Assembly: GCA_963663965.2 (NCBI GenBank)
Contig: CAXXFK010000021.1
Span: 1 to 64,000, forward strand
Source: Sedimentisphaerales bacterium
GTDB taxonomy: Bacteria; Planctomycetota; Phycisphaerae; Sedimentisphaerales; SM23-30
DNA length: 64,000 nucleotides
Direction: 5' to 3'
The position numbers were made by a program, and so were the translations under genes. Below, one piece after another: positions 59,608 through 64,000 of the stretch. The notes under the pieces are model-generated. The model saw only the letters and a program-made list of their open reading frames with translations. It was not told the origin of the DNA and did not search any database. Position 1 is the stretch's first letter, and the number at the start of each line of letters is the position of its first letter.

Positions 59608-61245
59608 TTACCGGCGGGCTTGCTGGTTTTTATTGAACTGCACCAACATATACTTCAGACGGCTATTGGGAATCGTCTCACGGGTATGACTGTTCCGATC
59701 CCCACTGTGTTCCAGACTCCAGCCATTCCATTCCCGATAGGCATGATAACACCAGTCCCATTGGTTCTGCTCAAAGATACCCACTGCATCTTGCAACCAG
59801 TTCAAACTGCTATCGCCCGGCGCCCAGCGGATCGCGCTGAATTCTCCAACATAAATATGAACATTAAAATCATGTTGAAATTCAAAAACTGGCATTAATT
59901 CATCCCGGAGTTTGTCCCGATTCCATAAAGTTCCGTTTATTTTACCTGGATATTCGATTCCGCCGGGATTAGTACCTATCGTCTGATGCGTAAATTGATG
60001 AGGCAAGTACATATGAAAACTGTATATGATGCCCTCCATCTCCAATGGCTTTAAGGCAGCAAATCCAGCAGGCCCACCCCACGGGCTCGGTTCAAAAACC
60101 AGGGGTTTACCTGGATCAATCTGACGAATCCTGCGACCGGCTTCCGTTGCCAGTGACCGCCAGTCCATCAGACCCGGCGCCACCGTTCCTTCTACGGCTT
60201 CGTTGAGTAAATCATACGCGTAAACACTGGGATTTCCTTTGTAACGCCGGGCAATCCGTTCCCAAAGCGACAGAAAATAATCCTGATACCGCTTGTCCTG
60301 AAACAGATCACACACGCCACCGGCCCGACGCCCCCCCGGCGGACAATGGAGATCCACCAGCACCAGAAAACCATACTTTCCTGCAGCCCCCAAAGCCTTG
60401 TCACATTCTGTCAATGCGGTTTCGATCCACTGGTCATACCTTTCCAAATCTCGCGACCATTCCTCCGCCTGTTTCATCGGCGCCCAGTTAAGCTGCCAGC
60501 GGATATGATTCACACGCCACCCGGCCAGATCTCGAAAATTTTCTTCCTGAAAATTGGGGCCATGCATTACCCCCCTTAACCGATCAAGATCATGACCAGT
60601 AAATGGATTATCATATCGACGACCGTTCCTGGGCGGACGGCCCAGAGTAATTGTTACCTCATCAAACCAGACAGTACCACTGACCTCCTCCAATCCCAAT
60701 ATTAACGTTGCTTCCCTGAGGCCCAGCGGTAATCGAATCAGTTGCTCAAATTTACGCCAATCCCATGTCCCGGAAGGGATGGGCAACTGAGGATATGTCA
60801 CCCCATCTTCTGTTTTTAATACCAGCATTACTTTAATACCATTCCAGGAGTTAGGCCCTTCACTGACATCCTGCGCCTTTACTCTTGCCGATAAGGCAAC
60901 ATACCGATCGGTAATTTCAGCAACTGGCAACTTGATTTGACGGCTAGACGAACCTTTTTCCTGACAAATAATTTGAAGGGCTCCATCAACGATCTTGCCG
61001 GGTTGTTGGGTATTTTCAATGATGTCAAATGTATTACTATACAGCGCCGGTTGGGCTGCTAAAACCATCTCAGAAAAAGAAGTCACATAGAGAATAATGA
61101 CCACTAACCAATTACAAAGATTGCCGAAATTTACAGGCCAACTGATAACACCTGCGGTCTTTGTCATTTTCAGTCGGCCTGACGGCCTTATGCCCATTCG
61201 AATGGTTTGAATAGGTGCTGATTTTTTATTGAAACAAAACATCAT
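59608..61245 (-). CDS. Glycoside hydrolase family 5 with N-terminal CBM-like domain
   Basis: LVDLH, YDLLNE (acid/base), SFHMY, YVGEF (nucleophile); N-terminal GTWDW...SGTVWFD; start uncertain. Confidence 0.85.
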   Translation of the reverse strand: MMFCFNKKSAPIQTIRMGIRPSGRLKMTKTAGVISWPVNFGNLCNWLVVIILYVTSFSEMVLAAQPALYSNTFDIIENTQQPGKIVDGALQIICQEKGSSSRQIKLPVAEITDRYVALSARVKAQDVSEGPNSWNGIKVMLVLKTEDGVTYPQLPIPSGTWDWRKFEQLIRLPLGLREATLILGLEEVSGTVWFDEVTITLGRPPRNGRRYDNPFTGHDLDRLRGVMHGPNFQEENFRDLAGWRVNHIRWQLNWAPMKQAEEWSRDLERYDQWIETALTECDKALGAAGKYGFLVLVDLHCPPGGRRAGGVCDLFQDKRYQDYFLSLWERIARRYKGNPSVYAYDLLNEAVEGTVAPGLMDWRSLATEAGRRIRQIDPGKPLVFEPSPWGGPAGFAALKPLEMEGIIYSFHMYLPHQFTHQTIGTNPGGIEYPGKINGTLWNRDKLRDELMPVFEFQHDFNVHIYVGEFSAIRWAPGDSSLNWLQDAVGIFEQNQWDWCYHAYREWNGWSLEHSGDRNSHTRETIPNSRLKYMLVQFNKNQQARR

Positions 61246-61547
61246 AAAACCTCATTACTGCTAATTTAAATGTTCATCAACCAGATCCCGTATCTCCCCG
61301 GACATCATGGCACTTGGTACTATATACCTATCCAAGATTGATCGTTGATCAACAATTATTAATTGATAAATTATCGGACGGTCAATATGATAACAAGAAT
61401 CATAATAATCCGGACAAGCAATAAAAAATACAAATCTTTCACAAAAAACAGGTTGTCATTTAAAGGATCAACGAAATAAAAATATGGAATAGTTATTAAT
61501 TGTCAGATTTTAACAATAATCCTTGACAGGCAGGCCCAAAATTCTCC

Positions 61548-62108
61548 TTGATGTGCGATTCCCAATACAATCTCATTCGAATCAAAGAATCCAAACAATT
61601 TTTAAGTCTCTTCATGAGATATCAAACCCGGATTCACACCTATATCCTTTATCATGTTCCCAACCGTACTGATGCCGAAGATATTTTGCAGGACACGATT
61701 GTGGTCATGCTGGACAAATTCTCCGAATTTCAGGAAGGCACTAATTTTCTGGCTTGGGGTATGACGATCGCACGCTATAAGATCCTGTCCTTTAAGCAGA
61801 AGCGCCGGAATTCCAAATTGATCTTTGATGACTCCATGATGGCCCTTTTTGAAAACGAGATAGCGGTCCAGATGGAATCCGCTCATAAAGAAGAAACCGA
61901 AGTTTTAAAAAATTGCGTCGGTAAGTTGCCTCCCAAACACAAAATATACTTGCGCTTGCGGTACGAACAAAACCTGAGTTATCGTGAAATCGCCCGGCAA
62001 ATCGATATTTCTATGCAGGCCGTTTATAAAACGATGACTCGGATCCATGTCGCGCTTCTGAAGTGTTTGCGCTTAAATTATGCCGGAGAGGTCGAACGTG
62101 AAACATGA
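61548..62108 (+). CDS. ECF sigma factor (planctomycete/verrucomicrobial type)
   Basis: DAEDILQDT, FQEGTNFLAWGMTIARY, L..C..KLP, LRYEQNLSYREIA. Confidence 0.9.
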   Translation: MMCDSQYNLIRIKESKQFLSLFMRYQTRIHTYILYHVPNRTDAEDILQDTIVVMLDKFSEFQEGTNFLAWGMTIARYKILSFKQKRRNSKLIFDDSMMALFENEIAVQMESAHKEETEVLKNCVGKLPPKHKIYLRLRYEQNLSYREIARQIDISMQAVYKTMTRIHVALLKCLRLNYAGEVERET

Positions 62109-63810
62109 CGACAAAATACTATACGACGTCGCGTTTCATTTAATGCACTCTCTGGAAGGCGACATTCCTCCCGAACAATTCGAAGCGTTCAAGAATCTGC
62201 TTCGCGATAATCCCAGGGCGCGCGAATATTATTACAGCCTCCTTTCGATCAATGCTTCTCTTCATGAGGCCGAAAGCGTATTGTTACTGCAAGAGGATTC
62301 TCAATCTCAAGCATCCCGCCAGGATCTTTGGATAGCGTTATCCCGGGAAGAAAAAAACGCGCCAACTCTCGACTTGCCCATGGAAGATAAAGAGCCGGAA
62401 CCGATCCAAACTATGGAACAAATACCGGTTTCGCGTAAAAAGAGCAAATTCTCCAACTTTTCTTTTATTGTATCTCTGGCAGCCATGCTGTTTATCGCTT
62501 TGTTATTACGCCTTGATCAAACCCCTTTGATTCAGGTGGCAACCCTGTCTGACAGCGTAAATGCAGTGTTCGCAGGTAAAAAAACATACGCAACCGGTAG
62601 CCGCTTGTTTGCCCGGCTTGATTCGCTCTGGCTGCAGAAAGGGGCGGTCGAAATCACCTTTGATTCTGGCGCCCGGGTAGTGATTGAAGCCCCGGCTGAA
62701 TTCAATCTGAATTCTTCACTGAAAATGACGATAAATTCCGGCCGGCTTTATGCCCACGTTCCCGAATCCGCGCAAGGGTTCTCCGTTCAGACACCCACAT
62801 CCAATATCGTGGATATGGGGACCGAATTTGCCGTTAAAGTCGATTTTGACAGTACCAGCGACGTTCATATGATCAAAGGCAAAGCGGCTTTACAATCCCT
62901 CAAAAAGGACCGGGCATCTCTGGCTCAAATTCTCACCGCAGGGAATGCCCGTCGAGTCGAAACGTCCGGCGAAATTCAGACGATCCCTATTCGTAGCAAA
63001 GATTTCATCCGGGAATTTCTACCGAACCTGGGAATGGCCTGGCGGGGGCAACCCCTGGATCTGTCAGACTTTATCGGGGGAGGCTGCGGACTTGGCACCG
63101 GCCGACCCCAACAACAGATCGATCCGTTTATTGGCGAAATCGAGCCTTGGCGGCTTGCCCCTCAACGACAGGGTAACGGTGAATATAAGCCCATTTGGGA
63201 TAATCAGTATATTGATGGTGTATTTGTCCCCGATGGCGGCGAAGGCCCCATCCAGGTTACTACGTCGGGGCTTCTCTGGGAGGGCCCCGACACTTCTAAC
63301 TTTTTCAAGTACAATATTGTCAATTCGTTGAAGATTCTGGAAGATCTAAGCGCCTTTGAAAATTATTCCGGTAATATGCCCATCGAAGATGCCATACTGA
63401 CCCAGGCCGCAGAAGGCAATTTGCCGTTGCGTCTGATGGGCATCGCTTCGAAAGACACTCCGGTCGATTGGTCTGATACCAGTATTTTCATTCATTCCAA
63501 CCTGGGGATTACTTTTGATCTGGATGCCGCCAGAAAAGTTGTTCCTCAAGCACGAATTACCAAATTCTCCAGTTTATTTGGCGTAGGTGAAATAACTCTT
63601 CCCGGCGCTAATCTGGATATCTGGGTCCTGGTTGACGGTAAAGTCAAATACGTTTCTCGTAAAGTAAAATTCAACAGTAAACACAATATTAATATTGACT
63701 TGTCAGACACCGACCGTTTTTTAACGCTGGTGATTACCGATGGGGGTGATTGGGGCCAGACCTCTTTCGACTGGGGATTATTTATCAATCCCTGCCTGGT
63801 ATTAGAATAA
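62080..63810 (+). CDS. FecR-like anti-sigma factor with C-terminal NPCBM-like domain
   Basis: AREYY N-domain; one TM segment; GARVVIEAPAEF, GFSVQTP, DMGTEFAV; HSNLGITFDL...FLTLVITDGG..DW...NPCL; overlaps the sigma stop. Confidence 0.85.
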   Translation: MPERSNVKHDDKILYDVAFHLMHSLEGDIPPEQFEAFKNLLRDNPRAREYYYSLLSINASLHEAESVLLLQEDSQSQASRQDLWIALSREEKNAPTLDLPMEDKEPEPIQTMEQIPVSRKKSKFSNFSFIVSLAAMLFIALLLRLDQTPLIQVATLSDSVNAVFAGKKTYATGSRLFARLDSLWLQKGAVEITFDSGARVVIEAPAEFNLNSSLKMTINSGRLYAHVPESAQGFSVQTPTSNIVDMGTEFAVKVDFDSTSDVHMIKGKAALQSLKKDRASLAQILTAGNARRVETSGEIQTIPIRSKDFIREFLPNLGMAWRGQPLDLSDFIGGGCGLGTGRPQQQIDPFIGEIEPWRLAPQRQGNGEYKPIWDNQYIDGVFVPDGGEGPIQVTTSGLLWEGPDTSNFFKYNIVNSLKILEDLSAFENYSGNMPIEDAILTQAAEGNLPLRLMGIASKDTPVDWSDTSIFIHSNLGITFDLDAARKVVPQARITKFSSLFGVGEITLPGANLDIWVLVDGKVKYVSRKVKFNSKHNINIDLSDTDRFLTLVITDGGDWGQTSFDWGLFINPCLVLE

Positions 63811-64000
63811 ATCATACCTGACTATGCCTGGCCCGGGAGAACCAGGACGTTGAATCGTTAGCAAAGGATCATGAAAAATAGTTTTCATTCATAGCCGGGG
63901 AAAACGAATCATAACAACGATGAACAAGAACCCGCGTTCACTCCTACCCATTGACTATCCTCCCGATTTCTCTATTCGATTCTTCGCATCGAATTTATAC

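Noticed and set aside
427..63815. Numerous short antisense/overlapping ORFs in the track
   Set aside because: They are shadows of longer, motif-supported genes on the other strand or frame.

Overview
Bacterial genomic window, most likely Planctomycetota (Phycisphaerae-like, anaerobic). This is inferred from the H-X9-DG prepilin-type gene, dockerin-like/LamG secreted proteins, the planctomycete-type ECF/FecR pair and AhbC. There are four blocks. (1) 1-9.6 kb, minus strand: a carbohydrate-binding cluster with a partial HzsA/TolB-like propeller protein, a prepilin-type protein, two LamG/Ig proteins and a frameshifted LacI regulator. (2) 9.9-14.6 kb, plus strand: a permease-like protein, Fe-ADH, DeoC and an FGGY kinase. 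(3) 14.9-52.7 kb, minus strand: a polymorphic-toxin locus. A TPR protein precedes a ~6480-aa signal-peptide-bearing adhesin-Rhs protein, which has a hydrophobic hairpin inside its YD repeats and a pilin-like toxin leader. It is followed by its immunity gene and five orphan toxin (or remnant)/immunity cassettes. One cassette is hit by an IS66 and by an IS256, which itself carries an IS3 and a group II intron inserted inside its terminal inverted repeat. An FGE-domain gene closes the block. (4) 53.9-63.8 kb: ccsA-hemA-ahbC, a degenerate sigma54-type activator and Rrf2, then a GH5 and an ECF sigma/anti-sigma pair. All family calls come from motif reading by eye; no database searches were run.
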